NCBI GenBank assembly: GCA_044892525.1
Contig: CM097885.1
Location: 72,416,001 to 72,480,000 of the forward strand
Length of the DNA: 64,000 nucleotides
Direction: 5' to 3'
Origin: Schmidtea polychroa
Lineage: Eukaryota
Shown in pieces: positions 14,176-27,426 of the stretch. The notes beneath the pieces are model-generated. The model was not told where the DNA came from, made no database searches, and was given only the letters and a program-made list of their open reading frames with translations. The position numbers and the translations under genes were made by a program. Positions within the stretch are counted from its first letter, which is position 1. The number at the start of each line of letters is the position of its first letter.

Positions 14176-16669
14176 GTTATTTTAATATACTTAGTTGGTA
14201 ATTGTGTATTATAAAAACTTTGCCTTGGGTTTTTGATTAATTATTATTATTTTTTTTTATTTTATTGTGTTGATAATAATCACGACAACAATTTTTGAAT
14301 AAAATCAAATAAATTCAAAAAATAAAAATAAAAAAAATCGTTAAATAGAAGAATAAGAATTCAAATAAACCAATGCTTTCGAAAAATCATATATTTGATA
14401 GTTTATTGTCTGTAATTTTACCGCAGATTTTATCTGACAAAGGAAGATAATAAAGCAAGATATCCAAAGTGAAAATTACTAATATTAATTTTGGAAAAAC
14501 AATTTACAGAAGATAGGGCGTGAAAGATAATTATTAAGAAACAATAATTTTTTAAAAAACATTTTCTGAAAGTAAATTTTTGATTTGGTATAGTACAAAG
14601 AAACTTTTATTCTTATTGTTGGTTATAAAAATAAACCTTTTTTAACGAATATTGTAAATTATTTTTATATCGTTATCTACTTACAAAGCTTTCATCGACT
14701 AACTCTAACACACACAATCACTCCAGCTTTTCCAAGACAGATTTTACCCGAGGCTTTAGTTTTCGTGATACACAGCATAATAAATAAATTATATAATAAA
14801 TAAAGTATTACGATTCTAACCTAACAGTATACTCCATAAAGTAAATTTCAAAGGAAAGTGCTGAATTGTATGATTTTAATCGTATGTATTGGTGATGTTT
14901 AAGATGAAAAAATCGTATATTTATAAAAACCTATATTTAAATGCTCAAGTATTTTGTGTATCCCTTAAAATGCCCAAAGATTTCTCTCGGTTCACAAATT
15001 AAAGGAAGTCGTTTAAATAATATAATATAATTTGTACACTTTATCATTCCAAATTATTATTATTATTATTAATGCATATGTTTTAACCAAAAAGTAAATA
15101 AATATATTTTTTTTTGAGTCAGATAAATTTTTCATTATTAATAATATAAATAAAAAATATAACTTAATAACTGGAATTATAAATAAATTGAATTAAATTC
15201 ATAATTTTCATTCATACAACAATTATATGATTAAATAATATTTTGCCAGTTATTCAAACAAAAATTGTCCAATAAAAGTACTTTTTTCATTCTTTTCTCT
15301 AAAAATAAACAAGGTCATTCATTATTGATTAGTTCTAAGAAATAAAATGCAAATAAGCAAGTGATAATTGTCATTTAAATTATTATTTTAATTAATATAT
15401 ATTTATTGTTTTTTAAATTGTATTAATATATTTGATTTTGTAAATAAGTTTGTTTGAAATGATGAGAAAAATTATGTAGAATTTTGTTTTCTTTAATATT
15501 TTTATTTAAATTAGAGAAATATTTTCTTTTTCAATATTTTATTTTCAAAATCAAAAATATGAAAGAATAAACAAAAATATTTTACCACTATTTGATGCGC
15601 AGTTAAGAATAAATAGCAAAAATTAATCAAATATACTTTTTATGTTATCTTTGACAAATATTATCTTGAATGTTATATAAAAATTTATATGAAATAAAAC
15701 TTTTTCTTACAAAAAGAAATAAGTAAAGATGTGTGAAACATAAATCCTAAATATTTTGATCCTTGAACGGTTAATGAGTAACAATAGTAAGCACTTGCTA
15801 CAAATATTATTCAAAGTGAATTTTCGATTATAAATTAGACCTTTTCAATCTAAATCGAATCATAGTTGAAAAGAATTTTATTGGTCAGCAAAATCAAAAA
15901 GAAAAAGATTCAGTTGAAATAATTATTTTATATTTCAAAATTCTCTCTGAATATAATTGCATCAAAAGCTTACTACTGTTGCTCATTTAACTTATGCTAT
16001 GTTATTTTATTGTAATATTTATTTACAGCAATAAACAACACAACAATAAATAAAATAAACAATGTTTTATAATAATAAGAATAAAAAATTATAACAATAA
16101 TCTTGGCCTAAACTAGCCTAACCAATAATAAGTGTTGGTAGCTGTCATTAACAAATATGACAATAAATAAGAGCTTTTACGATGAGTAAGAGCTTGGATG
16201 GAATTAAAACATCTATAATATAAAAATGTCAATACTATTATATTAGATCTAATTCCGAAAGTTAACATTGTCTATAATATACGTTGGTGTGCACACCAGT
16301 TGAGGTGACTTACCATTTATGTGAAAATGAAGTTTATAACTTCATTAATTTAATTGTTAAAAATGGTTTCAGGTAAGTTTTTTAATTTTAAGTAACTCTT
16401 AAGACTTGATTTTTGATTGTATATAATTATGAGATCATTATTCAAGTTCTTAAATATTACTTTTAATTATTTTAAATTAATTATTTTAAATTAAATTTCA
16501 GGTGTTTTTAGGAATTTTATGAAGTTAATTGGAATTATTTCGATATAATGTAAGTCAAATATATTTTTAACTATAAACAAATAAACTATAATTACCGAAG
16601 ACATTAATTTTTTTAATACAATTAGGAAAGAAATGGATAAAATAATTTTTTAAATTTTTATAATCTTCT

Positions 16670-17160
16670 TTTTGCAGCTCATTTTCCTTTGCTAATTTAT
16701 TTTTGGGGATTCCAAGTATTCTTCCAAATTCTTTGTAATTTTCCCCATTCTCAAAGGCATTAATAAGCCGAATTTTGTCATTTTCTGTATATCTATGAAA
16801 ATATTAATTTGTTAAAATAATTTATTAAAATTTACGATTTGCGATTTTTTTCTGCAAATCCAAAGATGTCGAAGGCCATTCTTCAATATATGAAATTCTA
16901 CCTTTACATAAAGGCAGCGTTTGACAAGACATATATGTTATACTGTAAATTATTTTAATTTTTTGTAATTAAATGAATAAATCTTACATTGTAAGATCTT
17001 CAGCTTCACGGAAGGCAGTGTATCCTGATAAATATCTGAAAATCTATAGAAATGTTAAATTCAAAATAATTTTATAATTAAATCTAACGATGTTTTTTCG
17101 TCTTTTTCTCTGATGCTCAAGGTAAAGCTGTCCGATTCTGAATCACAAGTTTTTTCCTTG
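16670..17160 (-). CDS. spliced gene fragment ending in a helix-turn-helix exon (transposase-like HTH)
   Basis: Short exons bounded by GT/AG-like sites; last exon reads RYTENDKIRLINAFENGENYKEFGRILGIPKNKL. Exon structure only partly resolved. Confidence 0.35.
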
Positions 17161-17460
17161 ATAATTTTTTAATAATATGATAATAATATGTTAAGAATAT
17201 ACTAATTAATGATAAATTTCGGGGGAAAAGGATATAATAATGCAATATTGTGTTGATATGTTAAATTATTTTTCTGCCACTTTCTCAATTCTTATAATAA
17301 ATATGTTAAAGAATTTCAGATAGTTCTTTCAAAACGCTGCCTTTTTGTGAAGGTGAAATTTCAAATATTCAATCAGGTCCTTTTATTTCTTTTGATTTTG
17401 AGAACAAAAATCGTAAATTTTAACAACTTCATTTAAAAAAATAATATTTTTATGGAATTT

Positions 17461-17590
17461 CAGAACTAGGCAAAATTCAATAAATTGATGTCTTCGAAAA
17501 TAGAGAAGATTACTATGAATTTGGAAGATTACTGAGAATCACCAAAAAATCGATTGAAACAATAATTCAAAAAAAGAAGATTACAAAAAC
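17461..17590 (+). pseudogene. paralogous HTH exon with in-frame stop
   Basis: ELGKIQ*IDVFENREDYYEFGRLLRITKKSIETII aligns with the minus-strand HTH exon at 16670-16800. Confidence 0.35.
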
Positions 17591-18654
17591 TTAAAAAATT
17601 ATTTTATTCATGTACGACGCTTCTTCTCTAAATGTATTAGAAAATAATGTGTTTGGCGAATTCATTCTTTAATAAATTATAATTCAAAATTGATCTAACT
17701 TACATTATATTGAAATAATTCTAAAATAAATTTTATGCATAAATTCCTTTAAAAAAAGCTGGAAAGTAATTAAAAATAAATTATAATATAAATGTTGACT
17801 AAATGTAATATTTAAGAACTTGAATAATGATCTCATAATTATATAAAATTAAAATGCAAGCCTTATAATTTACTTAAAATTTAAAATCTTACTTGAACAT
17901 CATTTCTAAAAAGCCTGGTATTATAAATTAACTAAATTTTCACAATAATGGCGAGTCGTATATAATTGATGTACACACCAACCTGTATTTAGATGCTTTT
18001 ATTCCGTGGAAACTGGTGTACAATATAGAAGGTAGAAAATTTTAATACAAGAAAAAAAATATTCATATGCGTAGAGCACGGTGCACAAAATATCTATAAT
18101 AAAAATATAAGCAGTTGGGCAATAAATAAGGGACCTTGACAATAAGTAAGAGTCGCATCTTACATATTAAAAAGGGATTGCTAAAGAAAATTACTAGAAA
18201 TCTTTGAAGTTTACACATTACGAATTATTCCATACAAACAAATGTGTAAATCTTTAATTAATTTATGTTTTTTGGACAAGTTAATGCCAAAAATTACTGA
18301 CTTGCATATATACAGTTGCACCGTACAAGTATACTCATATTTTGTATAGAAACTATGTAGCCAAATTATTTAATTATGGTTTTGACAAGAAGACAGACAA
18401 CACAATTTTTTAATCATAATCAGAAACTGTTTCCTCGTGTTAGATAATTCTAGGCATTTTGATATTTATCATGAAGTACATCATTATTACTGGTCTCGGA
18501 ATACTGGATCCAAGAATATTAGCATCATTCGGTATTTGGCGAATATTTTTTCGATGTCAAGACATAAGCGAGCAGCTTTAATGTGCAAACACAGAGCAAA
18601 ATTACTACGCGAGACAACTTAAACTCAATTTTAAGATTACAGTTACTTCTTCAG

Positions 18655-18972
18655 ATGTTTAGAATTGCAAACTCTTTGAGATTATTACAACTTTCCAAAG
18701 TTAATACTTTGAGATCTTGTACATACGCAAAAGATGTCAAATTTGGAGCTGAGGCCCGGTCAGCCATGTTTGTTGGAGTTGATATATTAGCTGATGTAGT
18801 TGCAGTCACCATATGACCGAAGGGTCGCGACGTTATCTTAGAAAAGTCTTGGAGATCGCCAAAAATAACTAATGATGGCGTCATAGTAGCAAAAGATATA
18901 GAACTCAAGGATAAATTTCAGAATATTAGTGCGAGATTAGTTCAAGACGTGGCCAATAATACAAATAAGGAT
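18655..18972 (+). pseudogene. HSPD1: mitochondrial HSP60 (chaperonin 60) 5' fragment with premature stop
   Basis: MFRIANSLRLL... presequence, then [84 protein letters not shown] at 18814 replaces the Gly of GPKGR; homology ends before GDGTTT. Confidence 0.92.
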
Positions 18973-19748
18973 TACCGTATTCTAGGAATTTGAAGTAGTA
19001 GGATACTTCTTCATCTCCGCCAGTATTTTTGGACACTAAGTTCAAAATCTTCATTTAGCAGAGCCTTATCGTGATGATTTACGTTAAAATGATGTGTGAA
19101 TTATCTAAGCAGTGTCCCAAATGACGTCTCAATATAGACATAGACTTTTCGGTAATATACTTTGCCTTTCGTTGACTACTTTTCAATAAATTTGAAAAAA
19201 TTAATTTGTTAACACAATTAGCACAATTCTGGCATTCCAAGCTTAGGGTGTGACACATTCATGTTTATTGTTTATTTTATTGTTCATCACAGCTTTGAAA
19301 TTATATTGTCAATAAGTACCAAATTATAAGAGCTTTTTTTCCAAATTTCAGCACTGATTTTTTTTCCATTGTATTTATTAAAAAGAGCTTGAAGACTATA
19401 AATCAGTATTATATCGATTTTTTTGTCTACAAGCTCTTTTTAATAAATAAGTGTAGTAGAATGTTATATTTTTATTGTAATTACGAGTCAAAACAGAACC
19501 TCAATTAGGTTTTGTTTTTACTCCCGTTATGGTGCCCTTAACATCAAGAAATAACATTCTTTAAAAAACTATATTTTACTATAGTAAATTATCGCTATAG
19601 TAAAAATTAAAAATTAAAAAAAATCAATTATCTAAAGTTACAAATAATAATCTAACGGATTTCATCTGAAATTTCGACCCAGATCGGCAGTAATTAATTA
19701 AGAAATATCCAACTGCAGTTATCAAACAATAGAAGTATTTCGAAGACT

Positions 19749-19870
19749 TTTCAAAGATAAAATTCCTCAGTAACCATTCTATACCACTATAGGAATACTT
19801 CGCAAACCTCCAAAAGAAAATCCCTCAGAAACCATTCTATACCACTATAAGGTTTTTTATTTTTTATAAA
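19749..19870 (+). repeat. ~120-bp dispersed repeat, copy 2
   Basis: Matches 11412-11530 with a 4-bp insertion and one substitution. Confidence 0.9.
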
Positions 19871-22070
19871 TAAAGTTTGTAGTTTTATTTTATTGTTATT
19901 ATTATTTAGTTGAATTATAATAATTTTATTTAACTGTCATTTTTTATTCTTTTATACACAACACGCACCCCGATTTTCCCGCCACATTTTTTAACGATGA
20001 CTCTATCGGGCTTTTCAGATTTCTACAGCCAATCTCAAATCATATAAATACCCCTGTATAAATAAATAGGGATATACAAATACGACAATACGAACAAAAT
20101 ACCAAAAGCTAAAAATACGTCCTGAACGTTACAATAATAAGAATCAAAGTTTAATCAAATAAATTCCAAATAAAATCTCAAATAATATTTTACAATTTAT
20201 TAACATCGATATCAATCAAAATTCATATCTGTTATTTCACTTATTTTCAAATATTTTTTATCTTGAAATTCAACACAAATATTCGGCTTTGCCTTTATCA
20301 AGTACTAGTCCAAAAAATATGTCATTTCTTAATATTTTCATTTCAAAATTGTCTTAAATTAAAATTTTTAATATCCTTTTTTTATTTTTTTATTTTTTTT
20401 ATTTTAAATTTTACACTAAATAATTCTATTTTTGCTTTTTGGGAAGTTGGATATTTTATGCAAATTTTGTTTTAATAAATAAAGTTTTACAGTCGGAGTT
20501 TATTTTTGTTTATTTATATAAATGACAGAAGTTGAGAAACGGAAAAGTCAATTTATATAAATTATACATATTATCTATTGGAAATATTTCCACATTTGTA
20601 TTTTCTCAATTTAACATCTATCTTTGATTTTCTAGTTCAAATGCGTGAGTATTTTTGATTAAAATTTAATTTTTAAAATTTTCTGTGAAAATAAAGCATG
20701 AAAATTTAATAATTCAATTTGATGATATTTTATTTTTTTATTTCATTTATTCATATTCAGAGGAATTCAATTTAGAAATGCTTTGCTTCACTTGACCTAG
20801 TTAATCAGGAAGTGAGTCTGATAGAATAATTTACATTTTTATTCTGTAGTGAGGGAAAAATGACAGAAATTAGAAAATATGGCCGATTTTTGTTTTTTCT
20901 TCATATAGAAATTCGATTTGTTTTAATGAGACAATGAGAAAGAATATCAATGTTTGATATCATTCATAATTAAACTATAAATTATTATTTATTGCAAGCA
21001 ATAAAATAGTTGTAAAATTTATAAGTGTATTTTCACCAGGTAGGAAAATCAAAAGAATAATTCCGTTACAGTTATTGAGCACAAGTCTTTTATAATCACT
21101 GTATAAAATCTTTATTTATCTCTCAGATTTCCTTTTTCAAACTCTGATCTTACTTTTCGATCTTTTTATACAACCTCTGACAGTGTCATGAGACGACTCA
21201 AGCTTACGTAAATATAAAGATTGTCATATTATTTTCAGCTTTGATATTTTCTTATAGATAAGCCGCTCTATTGTTGTGTTATTTAAGTCTTTACTCAGAT
21301 AAATATATGGTCTTGTTTAAATGATAACAAAAGAAAAATTTCCGAATATAATAAAACAAAAAAATTAAATAAAAGAAATGAGGCTTATTATATCAAAATC
21401 GTATTATGGTGAAGTCGAAAATGTTATATAAATTGTCTATCTTTAGATACGGTTCGAAATGTAGAATCTAATAAAGGCAATCATTATTGGACTGGCCCAG
21501 AAATATAGTCAAGTTCTTTATTTTTTTAAAAGAAATGAAATTAAATTTTTACAATTCTTACTTCTTTCTATTTCTATTTAACTCAATGGTTGATTAACGA
21601 GACAACAAAATAAACATGCAGATGACATATGTAAAAGCGTTGAATAGTAAATGAGAAGTTCTGTTGTTTTTCAAGTTGGGATAGACCTTCTAAATGAATA
21701 GTTTAGTTATGTTTTATTTAATACATTCTGTAATAAATACTGTGATAAATTAATAATATAAATAACAGGGCTGGACTGGAAACACATTTAGGCTCAGGAA
21801 ATACCGGTGACGTAGGCTCACAATATTAAATTTAATAAAAAAGTATATTAGTAATTTATAAACATATTTATTAAAATAATAAAAAGGAGTTTTTATTAAT
21901 AATTGCAACCAAAATCAAAATTAAGTAATTAAAAATAATNNNNNNNNNNNNNNNNNNNNNNNNNNNNNNNNNNNNNNNNNNNNNNNNNNNNNNNNNNNNN
22001 NNNNNNNNNNNNNNNNNNNNNNNNNNNNNNNNNNNNNNNNNNNNNNNNNNNNNNNNNNNNNNNNNNNNNN

Positions 22071-23043
22071 CAATATATTTCGACAATCACTGTCATCCTC
22101 GGGTAGAATTGAAATCAAACTAAATCAATATAAATTGCTCTTTTTTTAAACAAACTAATTAACTAATTCATTAATTTTTTAAAATTAATTTCGCTACAAA
22201 AATTTTACAAAATTCGTTTTTTTGTTTATTCAAACTTTAAAAATTATAAAAGTCTTAAAATTTTTAAAACTTCTAAAACTCACAAAAGTTGAAATCAAAC
22301 AAGATTCTAATAAATTTTCCACAAAATTGTGTTTACTATTATTAATCAATTGCTTCAGTCGATAGTGATCAGGAACTTGAAAACGGAGATGACGGACAGT
22401 CATTCCAATGTATGTGGCATTGCACCCATGACATAAATATTCATAACCAAGATCTGAAGACCATCTAAATAACAACTGAAATCCACTAATAAACACGAAA
22501 TTCAAAAAACAGGAATTTGATACCACCTTCCAACGTTGAAATGTAAGCCTAAACAAAAGACTGCTTGCTGATATAAATCAATACCCTCAGTCGACAGTTA
22601 TCCAGAACTTGAGAACGGAGATGACGGGCAGTCATTCCAATGTATTTGGCATTGCACCCATGACATATATATTCAAAACCAAGATCTGAACACCATATAA
22701 TCAAGAACCGAAATAGACCAACTTCACAATTTGTATCATACATATCCAATCCAATCACTGATAGTTTTTCTTTCATTAATTTTCTACATCTCTTCATCAA
22801 TTCCAAAGTGCTTCTATTGAGTATCGGAAAAAACAAAGAGTAACTTTCAAATTTATTATAACTTTTATAATTTTTAAAGTTTGAATATGAAAAACAGAAT
22901 TTTGTAAAATTTGTAGCGAAATTGATTTTAAAAATTAATGAATTAGTCAATTAGTTTGCTTAAAAAAGAGCAATTTATATTGATTTAGTTTGATTTCAAT
23001 GCTACCCGAAGATGACAGTGATTCTGTCGAAATATATTGTAGT

Positions 23044-23044
<1 letters not shown>
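22071..23044. mobile_element. Penelope-like remnant: two tandem GIY-YIG fragments between ~180-bp inverted pseudo-LTR arms
   Basis: 22071-22252 is the reverse complement of 22862-23039. Between them the minus strand has YEYLCHGCNATYIGMTVRHLRFQVPDH and FEYICHGCNAKYIGMTARHLRSQVLDN. Confidence 0.8.
23000..23044 (+). ncRNA. minimal type I hammerhead ribozyme-like motif
   Basis: Stem I TGCTAC/GTAGTA, core CCGAAGA (consensus CTGAnGA), stem II GACAG-tgatt-CTGTC, GAAA, palindromic stem III ATATAT, then H. Confidence 0.6.
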
Positions 23045-23081
<37 letters not shown>

Positions 23082-24597
23082 TGTGCTTTTCGTTAGATTT
23101 AAATCGATGCCATTATTTAGCGATTGTTATAAAAAATAATTAAATAAATATTATTAATTAAACAAGTTTTTTTAATATTTCACTTTTTTCTCTCATTACA
23201 TCCATTACTCTATTATTCTCATTGTTATTTAGAATATCTTTTTCACACGCCATGAACACGAAAGCTTCCTAATTTTTTCGACTTAAACAATTTCTGAGTC
23301 GATTTAAAATATATTTAGACTTTGAAAAAGATCTCTCACAAGATACTTGTGTTGATGATAAAGTAATAACAAATTTGTACGCTAAAAATAAATTTGAGTA
23401 TGCTAGTGTTCCACTTTTTTTGAAAATCTATAAGTTCAGCTTTCAAAATTTCCTTCATAATATTTTTATTTAATTTTTGATTTATTAAATTGATTAAAGG
23501 TTAAAAATGTGACTAGGTATATTAATACTTAAAATTTGTGGGAAATTATTTGGATTTAAATAGAATATATCATAAACAGGATCATTTTTTTAAAAATCGT
23601 TCATTCTTGTTATTAGTAACTGCATCCATTTTAACATTATATACACTTATACGAAATCTATCGTTAGAATTATCCGTTCTATTACTTTTATTTGTTTGAC
23701 TTAATATTGTTTCAATTTGAATTTCGATTTCTCTCTTGTCTAGTTCTTCGTTTGCAGCCAATGCAAAATTTACTGCTGCTAATCTAAATACGTCATCTGC
23801 ATGTTTATTTTGTTGTCTCGTTAATCAACCATTGAGTTAAATAGAAATAGAAAAAAGTAAGAATTGTAAAAATTTAATTTTATTTCATCTAAAAAATAAA
23901 GAACTTGACTATATTTGTGGGCCNNNNNNNNNNNNNNNNNNNNNNNNNNNNNNNNNNNNNNNNNNNNNNNNNNNNNNNNNNNNNNNNNNNNNNNNNNNNN
24001 NNNNNNNNNNNNNNNNNNNNNNNNNNNNNNNNNNNNNNNNNNNNNNNNNNNNNNNNNNNNNNNNNAATAAATATTTTTCTCCAATAGAATTTATAACTGA
24101 CAAGAAAATTATTGATAATATTTTTTAGATGGCGGGAGAAAACTCTACAACTTATCAAAGGAAACTTTGTTCAAGTGCTTCTCAGTCTATTAATATTAAT
24201 AGATGCTGGTATTGTTATCACAGAAATTATACTTGAGATTCATTCTATGAAAAGTGAGTATTGGAAATTGTAAGTGTAAATTTCCGTGGTATGCCCGCAT
24301 TTCAGTAAAACAAAATTAATTTCACTTCCACCTTTCTCTGCTTGAATGAGACTTTTAAATGAGATTTCAAACTGTCTGTTTTCAATAAAAAAATACTGTC
24401 AAGAAATATTAATTAATATTAGAATTTTTATTTAGACAAAAAAGAACATTATGCAGATGAGAATGTGATTTTTAAAAACTTTATCTATACATCATTCAAT
24501 GTTCTTCGTAATTCGACAAGTGGAGTCACAGAGACTTACGATAAAAAGCCTAATCTGATTGAGATCATATCTAACATTAGTAAATATAATTCAAGTA

Positions 24598-24633
<36 letters not shown>
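24598..24633. repeat. (ATT)n microsatellite abutting the gypsy LTR
   Basis: Perfect run ending at the LTR terminus. Confidence 0.95.
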
Positions 24634-24634
<1 letters not shown>

Positions 24635-24724
24635 GTAAGACTAAACCTTTTTCAAATTCTATTTTTACCACATTTCCATAATATTAAGACAACATTAAGT
24701 GTTTAATATTACACTATTCCTACA
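24634..24724 (-). repeat. putative 91-bp 3' LTR of gypsy element 1
   Basis: Minus strand TGTAGGA...TCTTACA (TG..CA ends, 6/7 terminal inverted repeat), preceded by purine tract GGTGGGGG. The 5' LTR is not visible for confirmation. Confidence 0.6.
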
Positions 24725-26202
24725 CCCCCACCAGATTCATCTGAATCTTTAACAACTCTTTTTCTAATATCACCCACGTGTCGCGGCATATCATATCCAT
24801 GACATCTGACTAAAAATTTTGTATTTGATAATGGTTTATTGATATGCCCATCTTTCCATCTTTCTGTGCATTTTTTATTCAAATTCGGTTTTGTCCATAC
24901 TGGGTCACCAGCAGAATATTTTGCTTCGATTATTATCTCTTTTTTATTGTAGCTTGGCAGATTCAGCTTTGGATTATATCTAAATATGGCTCTAGATGGA
25001 CAAATATTATTGTTGTTTGGCGTTTTGTTGAACCAGTACACAGCTTCTGCGATTGTTCCTGAGGACCTAGCTGCTAGCGATTTGATTGTCCGATGGCTGC
25101 GTTCAATGATCCCGTTTCCCGCTCGGCGGTTCACAGTTCTAAATACCAACTCAACATTCAATTTATCTGCTAATCCTTGAAATATTCTAGATCTAAAAGA
25201 TAAGTAATTATCTAATAATATTTCACTTGGAGTTCCTCTTTCATATAGCACTTCATTTAAAGCAATACATATCTCTTCTACATTTTCATTCTTAATTTTC
25301 TTCCAAATTGCATATCTCGATGGTCCACAGACAATAATTGTCAAATATTTATCTTTAGCAAATTTAGCTACATCAATTGCTAAATGGCACCAATTTTCAT
25401 CACAGCTTAGTTCACCTTTTTCCCACGTTACTGGCGCTGGGTCAATTGATAGGCATTGATTACAACTAGCAATTATTTCTGAGATCTCATTATCCACATT
25501 TAGTAGCCCCGCTTCCGATGCTAAGAATCGCATACGATTTTTCCCTACATGGGAGTTCTTATGAATCTCTAATACCACATCTTTCGAGCTTTTTTGATTG
25601 CCTAGAGCTGCGACTTCTTTTTTATTAATCATCCAGTTGGCTGGTACTCTCGTTAAAACATTAGCCTTGTTATTTTTTGTAGATACAAACTCAATGTCCA
25701 TTTTAAGTTCATACTCAATCGCTAGATCTTTTAAAAGCTCCAGCCTTCGTCGTATTAACAACTCTGAATTTGCTTTTGTATGTATTTTTCTGTCGCTTGA
25801 TAATATGCTGTTAACCCAACACACAACTGATTTACTATCGGATTTAATTTTGATGTACTTTAGATTCCATTTAATACATAAATTAATACCCTTCACAATC
25901 GCTTCTAATTCCACCAAATTAATGTGTCCTGAATCATGAGGTTTTCGCAACCAACACGCATTTTCAACCACTGAACCTTCCATTTCTAATACAATTCCAA
26001 TAACGATCGAACTTGCATCGCACCAAATTATGCTTGTCTGATTGCTGGGAACACTCCAAATACCTGACAATGGATCTCTTTCATTTACTTTTTCTAATAA
26101 CCATTTTACTTTGTCAACGATATGATTTTCTATTGAATCATCCCAATTTCCACTGGATAGCCTCTTGATATATGAGCAAGCTGGCCGCAACCACCCAGAC
26201 AC
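24709..26202 (-). CDS. gypsy RNase H-integrase ORF (497 aa)
   Basis: ORF track; RNase H and DDE motifs as above; last RNase H Asp reads Asn (NKANVLTR). Confidence 0.85.
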   Translation of the reverse strand: MSGWLRPACSYIKRLSSGNWDDSIENHIVDKVKWLLEKVNERDPLSGIWSVPSNQTSIIWCDASSIVIGIVLEMEGSVVENACWLRKPHDSGHINLVELEAIVKGINLCIKWNLKYIKIKSDSKSVVCWVNSILSSDRKIHTKANSELLIRRRLELLKDLAIEYELKMDIEFVSTKNNKANVLTRVPANWMINKKEVAALGNQKSSKDVVLEIHKNSHVGKNRMRFLASEAGLLNVDNEISEIIASCNQCLSIDPAPVTWEKGELSCDENWCHLAIDVAKFAKDKYLTIIVCGPSRYAIWKKIKNENVEEICIALNEVLYERGTPSEILLDNYLSFRSRIFQGLADKLNVELVFRTVNRRAGNGIIERSHRTIKSLAARSSGTIAEAVYWFNKTPNNNNICPSRAIFRYNPKLNLPSYNKKEIIIEAKYSAGDPVWTKPNLNKKCTERWKDGHINKPLSNTKFLVRCHGYDMPRHVGDIRKRVVKDSDESGGGVGIV

Positions 26203-27420
26203 AGGATAAATTCCGACTAGCTGACCACATAACGAATACAGCTCTCTTCTTGAAAGCCCTTCATTTAATTCATTTATTCAAATATCGTTCGATCTTTTCC
26301 AATGTACTTCGTTATTCTTTCAAATTACATCAATACCTAATACTCTTACACTGAGAGTATTCTTGACCTTTTCTTCTTCTTTACATATCAAACCAAATTT
26401 ACGCATTTCTGCACTTACTTTACTTGCTTTAACTTTAGATTCATCTACGAATATATCGTCTATGTATGAACTTGTGCTATTCTTGATTGATTCATTGTTG
26501 TTCAATACTTTATTAACAATCTCTGTCATTATCGTTGGCGCGATATTCAATCCAAATCCCATTCTTGTAAGCCATATCTCTTCCCATTAACCATACAAGA
26601 TTGATATCGCCACATGCTTTTATCCACATGTATTTGCATATATGCATCAGATAAATCTAACATTGCAAATTCTTTACTTAAACATCTCCATGATCGTAAT
26701 TTTTCAGAACAAATATCTGCATTCCCACTATATACATCAATATATTTATTGATACTCCTAAGTCAAATACTGGACGCACTTTCGCTTTATTTAACTGAAT
26801 TATACCATAAATTGGTACTGATCCGATCGGTTTGCCCGTTGTTTTCTCGTCGTAATCAACAAGATAGCTGTTAGATATCCAAAAATTCAAGATACGCATC
26901 GTCTCCTGATCCTTACTACAATTATCATAAAAGTTTGAATTTCTATTAGGTAGAAATTTCGGCGGCTCTGACTTCCAATCCCATTTGACAATCCATTTCT
27001 CGTTTTCAAATCTCGCAGAGAAATTTTCCTTCAATATTTCTGACATACTACTACTAGAGCATGCTACGTGACAAGGTGCTTCTTCGCAACCGAATATGGC
27101 TTCTTTATTCAGTCGAACCCCACCAAACCTATTAATAGCATTCACTCCTAAAATTAAATCATAATTGGATACTAGTTTCGGGTATGTTAAACAATCAATA
27201 TTAAATAACTTATCTCCAACCGCTATATCAACTTTACTTCGCTCAGCATATATGATTGAACCATCAAGCATCGCTACCGCAGTCATAGATTTTCGTGGAT
27301 TTCCTTTTACTATAGTGGTAGTGCTGCCCGAATCAACTAAACATGCTTTTACATCACCATTTACTTTTAGAAGTCTCACATATTTACAATTCTTGGGGCC
27401 ACACCCGAGTCCACATGTGT

Positions 27421-27426
27421 GTAGCC
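27421..27426 (+). repeat. 6-bp target site duplication GTAGCC (left)
   Basis: Identical hexamer at 41601-41606. Confidence 0.97.

Larger units (their letters stand above)
24634..27426 (-). mobile_element. Ty3/gypsy LTR retrotransposon 1 (PR-RT-RH-IN), interrupted by the Maverick
   Basis: Protease LVDSGS; RT LDLSDAY, RMGFGLNIAP and YIDD; RNase H WCDAS, ELEA and SDS; integrase HHCC, LAID, LLDN and IIERSHRT; at least two frameshifts. The element continues at 41601-41633. Confidence 0.93.

Noticed and set aside
18814-18816. TGA at a conserved position as a sign of an alternative genetic code
   Set aside because: The position is Gly rather than Trp, the fragment has other disruptive substitutions and is truncated, and intact ORFs use TGG for Trp.
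21775-21830. CAGGGCTGGACTGG as a hAT MITE left end
   Set aside because: No partner TIR visible; it may lie in a gap.
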